Origin: Prorocentrum cordatum
Taxonomy: Eukaryota
Assembly (NCBI GenBank): GCA_963575745.1
Contig: CAUYUJ010000303.1
Coordinates: 124,001-188,000 of the forward strand
Direction: 5' to 3'
DNA length: 64,000 nt
Position numbers and translations under genes: made by a program. The notes beneath the pieces are model-generated. The model saw only the letters and a list, made by a program, of their open reading frames with translations. It ran no database searches and was not told the origin of the DNA. Shown here piece by piece: positions 36,607 through 48,731 of the stretch. Position 1 is the first letter of the stretch. Each line of letters opens with the position of its first letter.

Positions 36607-36952
36607 CGACGCCTCAGCGGCGCGCAGCCCCGCGGGGCCCGGCGCAGCCGATGAAGGCGAAGAGGTGGGTCAGCTCGCTGAGAGCTTGCAGTAGCACGTA
36701 AACTTCGAGAACACTTCGGACTCGGCTTCTACTTTTTGGGCCACCTTTTTTTTTTTGTTTCTTCATGGCCTGGAGCATCTGGACGGCCCTGCGGACTCGG
36801 TTGGCGCGGGTCGCCGCCGCGCCCCGCTCACCCGCGCCGGTGGCGAGGACCAGCAGGAGCAGACCGGCGCGCATGGCTGCGGAGACTGCGGCGGCTACAA
36901 TGGGGCACTGCAGCGCGGTGGGATGGCCCGTGGGGGCTTGGCTCGAGATTGC

Positions 36953-36973
36953 CTTGAGCCAAAATGGCTACGG
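36953..36973 (-). other. Dinoflagellate spliced-leader (DinoSL) sequence
   Basis: The minus strand reads CCGTAGCCATTTTGGCTCAAG, an exact match to nt 2-22 of DCCGTAGCCATTTTGGCTCAAG. Confidence 0.95.
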
Positions 36974-37070
36974 GCCGTCTTTGGGCCCGCTTGGGGCCGT
37001 CTTGGAGGCCATCTTGGGCGTCTTGGAGGCCACTTGCGCCGTCTTGGGGTCCGCTTGGGGCCGTCTTGCC
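36974..37070. repeat. 10-11 bp degenerate tandem repeat (GGCCGTCTTGG) immediately upstream of the SL
   Basis: Directly visible. Confidence 0.85.
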
Positions 37071-37551
37071 GATGGAAAGCTGAAAAGAAGCGAATATTTG
37101 GGCATCTTCGGGCCTTCCTGGAAGTACCCTTCCCGAACTGCGCTCTCGTGAAAGGGGCTTCTGGGGTAGGGTGCGGTAACTCGGGTGCACTCCCAGGCGC
37201 CACGGCCGCCTTCCATGGTCGGGGAGGTCGCTGGCCCCGCGCCGCCGATGGCTTCAAATCCTCAGGGCGCATGTCCCCCAAATGCTCGTGTGCACAGGTC
37301 GCAGGGCGCACCCCCCCCCCCCCAATGCTCGTTTGATTCGGTGCTGGCGCGCATCCCCTCGACCGCCAGGCCGCCAGTCCCAGGGCCGGTGCCCCTCAAA
37401 TGTTCCTTTGATCCGGCGATGGCGTGCACCCCTTTGGTCGCCAGGCGGTCAAAGGCTTTCGCGATGTAAACGTTGTCACCAGCGCAAGGAGCAATATATC
37501 GGATCAGCGCATCAGTCAGATGCATTTCAATAGGTACATCATTGTAGAGCG

Positions 37552-37586
<35 letters not shown>

Positions 37587-37849
37587 AGAGAGAAAGGAAG
37601 AGGAGACAGAGAAAGAGGGAACACATGCCCCCCACCACCACTCCTCCCGCCGCCCGCAGCTCATTGGCTCGACCCAGACACGAAGGCTCTGCGCGACAAG
37701 ATGCGCATCGCAGATGCAAATCTGCCCTGGTAGGGCGGGGCTCCCGGCCTCACACTCCTTTCCGATTTCCTGGCGTCGGCCGTGGGTCGGCCAGCGCTTC
37801 CTGGAGCTCTGGCAGCGCGGCCGCAAGTTCGGAGCAGAAGGCGCCCGGC

Positions 37850-39620
37850 CCAGACAAGTTCGCAGCCGCCCTTCTTGCGCCACTCACGAGCCTTGGGTGG
37901 AACGTGAATTTGCCCGGCTTCACGCAACAAAAAGGTAATGCTGTTGTTTCCAGGAGTTCCCAAGCTGACAGGTTTAAGCATCAATCCCTGCGCGTTGGTT
38001 CTCGAGCTTCCAGCTACCGCCCAGAGGTTCTGGCGGAGGACAAATGGAAGGCCCATCTTATTGTGGACCTCCGGCAGGGGAGAATCACCGAGCTTCTTCC
38101 CGAAGCACCCGCGCGTTATGGAATGCTCGAGCAAAAGCAGCGAATCGCCTGCGCGTGGGGTCATGGCTGCTTGTCCTCGACCGACAATATTGTTATGTTA
38201 ATTGGCGCGTGGAGGTGCAATATGCTTTGCTGCTTGGCTGTTACTTGCCATCGACGCGACAAATTGGTTATTCCAATGTTTGACCGTTTGGCCCGTCAAA
38301 TGCGCCTGGCGCGAACGACGAAAACGTCAGTGAAGTTCAGACGGGGGCTTGGCATCTCTCGAACGTGTGCATTTTCTTTCTCGGCGAGGACCTTCGAGGA
38401 GCATCCTCGACCACGTACGAAACCGAAAAAAAAAACACACACAGGGAATGGACGTCCGAGCGATGGCCAGGGGGTTGACTTGCCCGACTTTGTTGGCGAT
38501 TTGTTTGGGAAATGCAGGGACCGAGGGCAACGCGTGGCGCCAATGTTGCGCTGCCGTCGACTTCCTCCTCTCGTGCGCGATCCCCATCAGTTCGAAACCC
38601 TCGGGCGTTGAGCCCCAGCAGTGGATAGGGGGGGTGTTCGACGCAGTCGAATGCGTCGTGGCGGCGTTCTCTGCGAAGTGTGACAAATTCGGCAAAGCGT
38701 GCGCCGACGTGTTTCGAAGAAGGAAAAACCACATAAGCATAAACTGTTGGTGGCGTTCCGCGCGGATTTCTTGGATCCGCGCTGGGCCCCCCCCAGCGTC
38801 GCCTGCGGCGCCGCCCCTGGCGCGCTCCGCGCGCCAAGGAGGGGGTCCAGCGCAGATCCAAGAAATCCGCGCGGAGCGGTTATGGCGTTTTTTCGTCCTC
38901 GAGTGTTGCAGTCGGATAACAACCGCTCACTGCGCCGCAAAGCCCTCGCGGAATTCGCTGGACTCGCCTCCCACCTCGCGGAGCTGCTGCTGCAGTCGAG
39001 GCGACAGATGCACGCGATTTGGGCAGATAACATTACTTCGGCAAATGTATACGCTGCGCGGCGGTCTCCATCGCGAAGTCGGACTCTCTGGCCCACTTGT
39101 CAGAACAGAGCCGGGATACCACTCGATATTTGCAGCGCATTTTCGCCACGTCCTCGTTCTGGGCCTTATTCTGTTCGGGCGGCGATGCGCCACTGTGGGG
39201 CTACAGTTCGCCCGAGTTCCAGCGCTGGCAGGAGCCCGTGGCGCGCGGCAAGATCCTTGCGATCGAGACGGACGCCAGCACTGAACATGGGTGGAGCTAC
39301 CACTGGTGCAGCTGCGGTAGGGTCGTCTCTGGAGACTGCCCGTCTAACTTTGCAGCCGCGCAGGGCTTCCCAGAAGCAGACGCAATCAATCATAATGAAT
39401 TATGGGTGGTTGTCGAGCGTGTCCGCCGAGAACGTCTCGTTCTCCTCGGTTGGAAGGACTTTTTCTTCGTCGACAACACCCCCACGATCCATTATGCCAA
39501 CGCGCGTTGCGGCCGATCCCTGATTTGGAACGGCTCGCCCAAGCTTCGGAGGACTCCGAATGCGCTTCTTCATGTTGGGTTCTGGCAGTACATTTGCCGG
39601 GAAAAATAGAGCAACTGCGG
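37850..39620 (+). pseudogene. Degraded DIRS-like retroelement RT/RNase H remnant
   Basis: RNase H motifs IETDASTEHGW, INHNELWVV and FFVDNTPTIHYAN in ORF 39097..39609. Upstream fragments LGWNVN, LIVDLRQGRI and RKALAEFAGLASH resemble the DIRS RT C-terminus and connection region. Confidence 0.55.
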
Positions 39621-41078
39621 ACGCAGGCGTTCCGGATATGCCACATTTGCACCCCCCTGGAGCACGGGCCCGTTCCGTTTGGCCATGCTCCGCGTTGACT
39701 TGTTTGCCGAGGTTCAACGCAGGTTGGGCGTCATTTGCACCTCCCTGGTCCCCTCTGGAAACGTCCAGAACGCATGGCATTCGAGCCCGACCTGGCCGGT
39801 CACGTGGCGTAGGCGCGCCCCCCCGCGCGCTTGCTTCGGCGTGCCTGGAGCACTTCGCGCGCGTTCGCGCGTCGAATCCCAGCGCCCACATTTTGCTGTG
39901 GATCCCTGAGGACGCAGGGGCGCCGTGGTTCTGGCCCCGCGTGTGCGAACTCGGCCTCCCAGGTCCGATCTGTCCCGGCTTCGCATCGGCCCTGGCGAAC
40001 TCGGGCGAGCCTTGAGCTGTTCCGTCCCTGCCACCTGGCTCCCCAATCGGAGGCAGCGCGCGCACGCTTGAGCACGTCCTTTGCTCGCGTCGTGCCTCTA
40101 CACTCCCGCATCCGCCTAACCGAATACCTTCGAGAATAAACGCTAGGGGAAAATAAAGTTCGGGGTTCAGGGGGAGATAATAAAAGTAGCCCACCAGACC
40201 TCAGCATAATCTCGAAGTAAGAGATGATCCAGAGGAGACCAAGCCGAGCACGTTTTGAGACATCCTTGGCGTTTAGTCTTCATAGAAATATCCTCAACAA
40301 TGGCTTATCTCGCTGGAGACATCCTCGACAAATCCCTTGTTTCGCTTGAGACATCCACGAATTATTGTTTATTTAGCTTGAGACACCGTCAAATTATTGC
40401 TTATTTCGCTTGAGACATCCTCGAACTAATTGTGTTTTCGCTTGACACATCATCAAACTATTGCGGATTTCGCCTGAACATCCTGAAACTATTTCGTATT
40501 TCGCTTGAGACATCCTGAAACTATTGCTTATTTCGCTTGAGACATCCTCAAACTATTGCTTATTTCGCTTGAGGCATCCTCGAAATAATTGTGTTTTTCG
40601 CTTGAAGCATCCTCAAACGATTGCTGCTTTCGCCTGGAACATCCTGAAACTATTGCGTATTTCGCTTGAGACATCCTGAAACTATTGCTTATTTCGCTTG
40701 AGACATCCTCAAACGATTGCTTGAGACATCTTCAAACTATTGCGTATTTCGCTCGAGACACCCTCAAACTATTGCATATTTCGCTCGAGACACCCTCGAA
40801 CTAACTTGCTTAGTTCGCTTGATACATCCTCGAAATAATGGTGTTTCGCGTGAGACATCCTCAAACTGTTGCTTAGTTCGCTGGAGGCATCCTCAAATTA
40901 TTGCTTGAGACATCCTGAAACTTTGCGCATTTCGCTTGAGACATCTTCAAACTATGGCTTATTTCGCTTGAGACACCCTCAAACCATTGTTTATTTCGCT
41001 TGACATCCTCGAACTAATTGTGTTTTTCGCTTGAGACTTCCTCGGAAATATGCTCTTTTCGCTCGATGGTTCTCGCGG

Positions 41079-43601
41079 TTAAAGCTTCATGCACGCGAGC
41101 TCGAAGTCCTTGGCTGCCCTCGACAAAAAGCCTTTGTGGCGCACTTGCTTGAAGTGCTCGCCCATGCCGGCTCGGCAGCCTTTACTGCCATCCTTGAGCT
41201 GCAAGCATTTCTTGCACTCCTTGGCCGCTTGCAGCGCTGCCTCGAGGTTGGCGTGCTTGGGCTCGGGCACGAACGGATCCGGGGCCTTGCCCTTGGCCTT
41301 GGCCTTGCCCTTGGGCTTGGCGTCGCTCGCGTTCTTCAGCTTCTCGATCCACTCGTTACCTCGGGCGCAGATGTCGCTGATGCTGCTTGGCGGCTGGCGG
41401 CCCTCGCCGCGGAGCTCGCGCAGGGCGCGCTCGAACCACCTCGTCACCCACAACCCGCAGGACCACCCATCCACAGGGTATCTCGAGTTGCTCGGAGGGG
41501 GGCACTCCACCTCAGGCCCAAAGAGCTTGCGCAGGATTCTCGCGGCCGCCTCCTTGGCGGACTCGGACGGCACCTTGAGAGAGTCTCGGTACTCGATGGC
41601 CACGTCCTGGAATTCCTCCTTGGTCACCTTGCGGTACGTGTAGTGCATCGGGCTGTCGGGCCGGACGCAGGTGAGCAGAACCTTGGCGTTCTCGATCCTT
41701 TCGCGCCAGGCCTTCTGCTCCTCTTGCGCCTCGGCAGCGGCCGCGTCGTCGCCATGGTCTTCTCGAGCCCAGAGAACAGCAATCGTCGGCTCGATTAGCT
41801 CGACGCCTGGCGGCTGGCCAACTCGTTCCGCGATCTCGCGAATGAGAGCCTTCATCGTGCCGAGCTCGAGGGTCCTGTTCTTCTCGACGAACTCGCAGTT
41901 GGCGATGGCTAGGTGCTTGGCCAGCTCGGTGCGCCTGGCCTTCCTCAGGGTTCGGTAATCCATCTTGGCGGGCTTGGCCTTCGTCCACTCCTCCTCGACC
42001 ACGACCTCCCAGGCTCGAGGGCCGACGGATGGGGGCGAACTCCGCTCGGTTTCCGCTGCCCTCCCGCTCGGCTTCCGCGCGAGTTCCCTTCCGCTCGGTT
42101 TCTGCGCCAACTTCCGCTCGGCTTCCGCTTGCCCTTCTGCTCGGCTTCCGCTCGCGCCCCATTGGCCCTCGAGCCTGGCTGGAGCGGATCTGGAAGATCG
42201 CCGACGTCTCGACCTCGAGCACTCGGAACTGGCACTCGCCCTCGGTGTCCATGACGCCCCAGACGTCCTGGGTTCTCCCGCGCCTCCCCTCGTGGACGCA
42301 CTCCTCGTTGACGCGGATGCTCTCGCCGTGCCAGGGCGAGTCCTTGCACTCCTTGAGGCCCGCTTGGCCTCTCTTCTTGTCCTGGGCGCTCTGGTTCCGC
42401 TTGGCCTTCCCCTTCTGCTTGATGTTCTCTGCGAAGCTCCCCATCGGCTCGGGGGCTCGCCCCGACAGCTTCGCCTTGGCGATGCCTCGGCTCTTGCTGT
42501 CGAGGGCGCATCGGCCATCCTGGTTGCGCTTCGCCTTGTTCCACTTGGCCGCCAGCTTGCCCACGCACTGGCTTCGGAACTTGCTCGCCCACTTGTTCTT
42601 GCGTTTTTTCCCCGACGGTGGCGCACTCGGTCCGTGAGGGCGTGCGGGAACTGGATATCCTTGATGCGCTCCTCGGGCGGCCTGAGCACGTCTCGCTGCC
42701 TGTCTGTGAGCTCGAGGCGCAGCTCTGCAAGCTCGAGGAGGCAGGGGTTCTCGTCGTCCCCGTAGTCCTTCGGCAAGTCCTCGACTCGGAAGCACTCGCC
42801 GCCCAGTGCGCTCCAGTCGGGAATCGGGGGGACGTTCTCGGGCCAGCTCGCAACCGCGTCGAGTCTCTCCTTGGCCAGTCTCGGCTCGATGCCTCGGCCA
42901 GGCTCGGTGGAGTAGCTCCACGGCTCCTCGCTTGTGACGACCTTCAGCTCGGTCTGCTCGGTCGGCCTCGCCGCGGCTCCTCCCTCCTCCTTCTTCTCCT
43001 CCTTATCCTCTGAGACATCTTCGTCTACTTGTTTCGCTTGAGATATCCTCGACGAATCACTCGTTTCGCTTGAGACATCCTCGTCGAACCTCTCGGTTCG
43101 CTTGAGACATCCTCGAGCACTTGCTGTTTCCGCTTGAGACATCATTAAGAAACGTATCGTTTCGCTTGAGAAATCCTTCAGTATATGTTTGTTTCGCTTG
43201 AGACATCCTCGAGTATGTGCTTGTTTCGCTTGAGACATCCTCGGAATAGCTCACCCGCCTCTGTGCCCCTGGATAATCAACCGCTGCGATAATAAAGTTC
43301 AGGCGGGCGGAGGAATGGAGAAAGCGATATACAAAAACAAAATTAAAAAGAAACAATATGAAGCGAAAAAGAAAATGGAGAAAAAAACAACACACACCAA
43401 AAGACAAGAACACAGAGGAGGAGGAAGAGGAAGATAAGGAAAAACCTCAAGTTCAAATGTATTAGATTTTATTTACAAGCGCTTTATGACAATTAAAATG
43501 TTTAAGTGCTCGTGCAGGTAGCTCATGTGCTTCATTTTCCATGGATAACCAACCCCAGGGATAAAACAGTTCAGAGGGGGGGGGGGGGGGGGGGGGGGGG
43601 G

Positions 43602-43689
<88 letters not shown>

Positions 43690-46600
43690 AGCAAGAAAAA
43701 GAAAGGAAGGACTGAGAGAGAGAAGATATATTTAAAAAGAAAAGTGGACTAATAAATAAAAGGGATAAAGAAAAGAGGAAAGGAGGAAAAACATCTGGAC
43801 ATTCAAATGTATTAAATCTTAGTTACAAGCGCTTTATGAAAATTAAAATGCTTCAGTGCTCGCGCAGGGTAGCTCATGCGCCTCACTGTCCGTGGATAAT
43901 CAAGCCCAGGGATAAACAAGTTCAGTTGCACATGGGGAGAGATAGAGAGAGAAAGAGATAGAGAGTCAGACAGAAACACAAACTAAGAGAAACATGTAGA
44001 AATACAAAAGGAAAAGAGAGAAAGAAGACACACATGAAAAATGAACATAAAAGGAAGAAAAACAAATGAAGAGGAGAAGTAGAAGAGGAGAGGAGAACGA
44101 TTGCTTAGTTATTTTGCTGGAGACATCCTCAAATTATTGCTTGGGACATCTTCAAGCTATTGCGTATTTCGCTTGAGAATCCTCGAACTATTGCATATTT
44201 CGCTTGAAACACCCTCAAACTATTGCTTATTTCGCTTGAGACATCCTCGAACTAATTGCGTTTCGCGTGAGACATCCTCAAACTATTGCCTATTTCGCTG
44301 GAGGCATCCTCAAACTATTGCTTGAGACATCCTAAAACTATCGTTATTTCGATTGGAATATCCTCATATTATTGCATATTTCATGTGAGACATCTTCAAA
44401 ATATTATCTATTTCGCTTGAGACATCTCAAATTATTGCTTATTTCGCTTGACACAACATCGAAGACATGCTTGGGCTCATCTTGGGATCCTTCTCGGCAA
44501 TCCTCGAAGGGTTTTCTTGAATTCGCTGGGGGTTGAAGCTCAAGGCTCGAGATATTCCTCTTCCTTGTTCCCCTCTTTCTCCTCCTCCTCCTCGCCGAGC
44601 GACTCCCTCTCCTCATCCTCGTCCTCCTCCTCCTCTTCCTCTTCTCCTCCTCCGTCCCTCCTCCTCCTCCTCCTCCATCTCCTCCTCCTCCTCTTCTCAT
44701 CCTCCCCCTCCTCCTCGTCGTCCGCCCCTCCCGGCCTCGCTGCGAGCATCTGGTTCGCTTGCGTGCCTTGCAGTGGGGCGGTTTCGGCGTTCTTCTCGCG
44801 GAAGCGCTTGCGCGCCTCGGAGATGCAGTAGATGCACTCGCATGACCCCCAATTGCTCGGGCACTTGTAGTTCTTCTCGGGCTCGGCCTTGACCTTCTGC
44901 ATCCAGTCTTGCTCGATCGCCCAGTGGATCTCGGACTTCACCTCGCGAATGGTTGCCTTGAGCTGCGAGTGCTCGTGCGTGTCGGGTTCCTGGAGGAAGC
45001 TCGTCACGTCTGGAGCCATCGGCGCGTAGACGATCTGCTTGAGCCACGCTCGGAGCGCGACGGCCTCGGCCCACTGGCTCGAGAGACAGTCGGCGAACAC
45101 GAGAGCTTGGCCGTGCTCGGCTTGGATAAAGTCGATCGCCCAGATCGCTATGAGCTCGTCGGTCCAAGCTCGAGGCTGGCCCCAGATGTCAATCTGTTCG
45201 AAGATCTCGGCGCGCTGCTCGGGGTCAAACTCGAGGAGGGCTTGGCGCCAACCCTTGAGAATCTGGCCGATGTTCTCGCCTGCTCGGAAGACCTCGGCCT
45301 CGCCGTCGCTTCGCTCGTAGCTGACGTCGCGGAGCCACTTGCCGCTCTCGAGGTCCACATCGGAGATCTTGCAGTGCCTCGCACAGGGCACTGGCAGGAT
45401 CGAGCGTTTCTTGTTCGACTTTGGGCCCTTGGTTGGGTCAAACCAATTCGCGACGCCCGATATGTTGATCATCGTGAGGCGATACTTGTCGCCTGCGCTG
45501 GAGTACGCTTGCTCTACTTGCTCCTTCTGGTCGCCGTGCTCCTCGTAGAACTTGGTTTTCTCCATCCCCCAAGCTGCCTTGTCTGCCCCGGTCTGCGTCT
45601 CGCGGAACTTGCGGCGGAGCTTCTCGATTCGAGCCTTGTGGCTAGGACCCTCGAGCTCGTTCTCGTGGAGGTAGATCTTCTCCTCGCCCCTGAGCTTGAG
45701 CCACGGCGCGGTGGCGTCGACCACGACGACGCTCGTGGCATGCCTGTTCTCGATGAAGCTCTCGGTGCCCCCGACGAACATGGCGAGTTCCTCGGCCGTG
45801 CCCCTGGAAACGAGGTGGATGAAGCGGTCGCTCGTGGCCCACGTCAACTTGGCCTTGGACTCGGAAAGGCCCTTGTTGCGCTGCTCGGAGAGGCGTTGGC
45901 CTTTCCGTCCGACTGCGTGGAGCCTCGGGAGAACGGCCCCCCCGATCCACTTGGAGTCCTTGCGGCAGAGGTTGTTGATATTGAAGGTCTGGAGCCGCTT
46001 GGTGACTCGGGCGAGGATCTGGGAGTTGAAGAAGGCGTGGCTCACGTCCTTGAGGTGCTCTTGTTTGTCTCTCTCCCACTCGAGCTCGTACTTGAGTCTC
46101 GTTAGGATCGTCTTGTGGCGGACCTCGTGGCCGCACATGCGTTCTCGTTTGAACCAGGCCTCGAGTCGGCCCATGACTCCCTCGAGGGGGCGCTTGGGGC
46201 ATGCTCGGCCAGGAGTATAGCTTTGGATCCTCGCGCCTTGGCTCTTGCCTGCCTTGACCCCGTTTGGCCGAACTCGGCCGCAGGCTCGGAGGCCGTTCTT
46301 GCCGAGCCTCTCCGAGGCGACCAGCTTCTCGAAAGCCGCTCTCTTCTCGGCCCAGCTCTTGACCGTGAGGTAGGGCCAGTGCCATTTCTCGATGAGCTGC
46401 GCCTTGACGTTGCTCGGCAGCTGGCCGATGTCCGCGACCTCGCGCTTCTCGGCCTGCTTGCGCCAGCCGAGGGCGACTTGGAGCTTGCACTGTGCTGCTG
46501 GGTCTCGGCGCAGGGTGGGAGCTGCTCGGGGCTTGTGCGCCCCCGTGTACTTGCGATTCGTGCCCTCGGGTCTGCCGCCCTTGGTCGGTCCTCGGGCGAC

Positions 46601-46870
46601 GCCTCGGCCGAAGTCGGCGGGGTCGAGCACCTTGCCCTCGGCGTTCGCCTTCGCTCGGCGCTCAGCTGCGGCTGCGAGGCGTTCCTTCTCGGCCTGATCC
46701 GTCTCGAGCCTCTTGTGCTCGAGATCCTTGAAGAAATTGCTCTTGGCCTCCTCGGACAAGTGAGGCGAGGCTCGAGGCTTCTCGCGGGAGGTCGGAGTGT
46801 CCGCCGGGCTCGGACTTGAAAGGCCCCACAAGCTCGACAAGCTTGACTGCCGCTTGACAGGCGTGCTCAT
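41079..46870 (-). pseudogene. pogo-family (DDE_1) transposase fused to a Ulp1-like (peptidase C48) domain; exons 46870-44736, 42966-42175 and 42005-41079; 1-nt frameshift near 42608
   Basis: CENP-B-like HTH region (LEAWFKRERMCGHEV); DDE_1 motifs VVDATAPW, DKYRLT, WGQPRAWTD, LVFADC and PDVTSFLQEPDTHEHSQLK. The last exon has MHYTY, YRDSL and DGWSCGLW (His-Asp-Cys triad). Two GC-AG introns join the frames. Confidence 0.78.
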
Positions 46871-47049
46871 CGTACGTGAGGCGCGACAGGCTCGAAAGGC
46901 TTGCTGGAGTGGTGGCCTGCTCGAGAGGTTCGAAAGCCTTGCTCGAAAGGCTTGAGCCAAAGAGGCGAATCACGAATGTTGTTCTCGAGTCGATGCTTGT
47001 CGAGTCGATGCTTGGACATCGCTGCTGGATCTGCTTGAAATAAGCATCT

Positions 47050-47289
47050 GGTGCTGTTGCTTGAGATTTCCTCGAGTCAACATTTGGCCTCGCTCGAGAC
47101 GTTCTTGCAGAATTGTTCGCCTCGCCTCAGACATCCTTGAACACATGCTTGATTCGCTTGAGACATCTTCGAAGAAACACTGGGTTCGTTTGAGACATTC
47201 TCGAAGGTCTCATTGTCTGGTTCTGCTCTCTGAGCAGCCATCTGCTTGATCAGCTCTGCTTCAGCAGCTCAGCTTGAGCAGGGAGAGAT

Positions 47290-47376
<87 letters not shown>

Positions 47377-47393
47377 GGAGAGAGGGAGGGAGG

Positions 47394-47486
<93 letters not shown>

Positions 47487-47492
47487 AAAAAG

Positions 47493-47532
<40 letters not shown>

Positions 47533-47775
47533 TCTCAAGGATAATCATTTTGCTTGAGATTTCCTCGAATCAACATTTGGCCTCCCTCGAGACGTTCTTG
47601 CAGACTTTTTCGCATCGCCTCAGACATCCTTGAAAACATGCTTGATTCGCTTGAGACATCTTCGAAGAAACACTGGGTTCGCTTGAGACATTCTCGAAGG
47701 TCTCATTGCATGGTTCTGCTTTCTGAGCAGCCATCTGCCTGAGAAGCTCTGCTTCAGCAGCTCACCTTGAGCAGA
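47050..47775. repeat. ~230-bp direct duplication (47058-47285 and 47551-47775) separated by (GA)n
   Basis: Near-identical sequences, also evident from the paired 62-aa ORFs in the track. Confidence 0.9.
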
Positions 47776-47943
47776 GAGAGATAGTGAGAGAAAGAGGAGA
47801 GAGGGAGAGAGAGAGGGAGAGAGAGAGGGATAGAGAGAGAGAGAGAGGTGAGTCTATCTCTCTCTCTCTCTCTCTCTCTCCCCCGCCGCGCGTCCCTCTG
47901 AGGTTTATTATCGTCGGCAGTTTTACATATATATAACATCGGC

Positions 47944-48731
47944 TGAGGTTTATTATCGTCGGCAGTTTTTTATCATCGGCAGTGGTCAATAGCAACTCCT
48001 GAGCTCTCCCGGAACACGGCGGCACGCAAATGATATGCATTTTTTTGAAAAGCTTCATTTTGAAAATTATTTTCTAAATTGCGAATTCCATTGTAATCCT
48101 TTCAAAATTGCGAAATCGAGCCGTCAGGCGCTTGAATGCCGCATTGCGTTCGAGATGTAAGCGAAAGCGCGTGCGACGCAATTTTCTCATGGCGCGTTTT
48201 TTTTTTTCAAGCAAGCTTTATTTTGACAGAACTATTATATTCGGTTGCGAATTACATCGAAATCCTTTCGAAATTGCGAATTCGAACCCACGCGCGCCTG
48301 AATGCCACACTGCGTTCGCTATTTGGGCAAAAGCGCACGCGACGCATTTATGAGAAAGTTGCGTCGCGCGCGCTTTTGCCCGAATATCGAACGCAGTGTG
48401 GCATTCAGGCGCGCGCGGGTTCGAATTCGCAATTTCGAGAGGATTTCAATGGAATTCGCAACCAAATATCGTATTTTTTTTTTTTTGTCAAAATAAGGTT
48501 TTCACGCTTTCGCCTAAATCTCGAGCGCAGTGCGGCATTCCAGCGCCTGGCGGCTCGATTTCGCAAATTCGAAAAGATTCCAATGAAATTCGCAATTTAA
48601 AAAATATTTTTTCAAAATGAAGCTTTTCAGACAAATGCGTATCATTTGCGCGCCGCCGTGTTCCGGGGGAGCTCGGGAGTTGCTATTGACCACTGCCGAT
48701 GATAAAAAACTGCCGACGATAATAAACCTCA
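47944..48731. repeat. ~790-bp fold-back (near-complete imperfect palindrome), MITE-like
   Basis: Ends TGAGGTTTATTATCGTCGGCAG and CTGCCGACGATAATAAACCTCA; outer arms of about 230 bp, plus an inner palindrome centred near 48352. Confidence 0.9.

Larger units (their letters stand above)
30669..36699 (-). mobile_element. RTE-like LINE family 2, copy B, apparently full length
   Basis: Uninterrupted APE-RT-zinc finger ORF followed by the 3' ORF and a GAG-rich tract; head-to-tail with copy A. Confidence 0.93.

Noticed and set aside
36610..36720. 2A-like peptide or HDV ribozyme at the LINE 5' end
   Set aside because: There is no DxExNPGP motif, and a ribozyme fold cannot be established by eye.
36900..36975. 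SL copy as a canonical SL RNA gene
   Set aside because: The downstream sequence is GC-rich with no T-rich terminator nearby and runs into an ORF and the LINE. An SL RNA gene cannot be supported from sequence alone, though it is not fully excluded.
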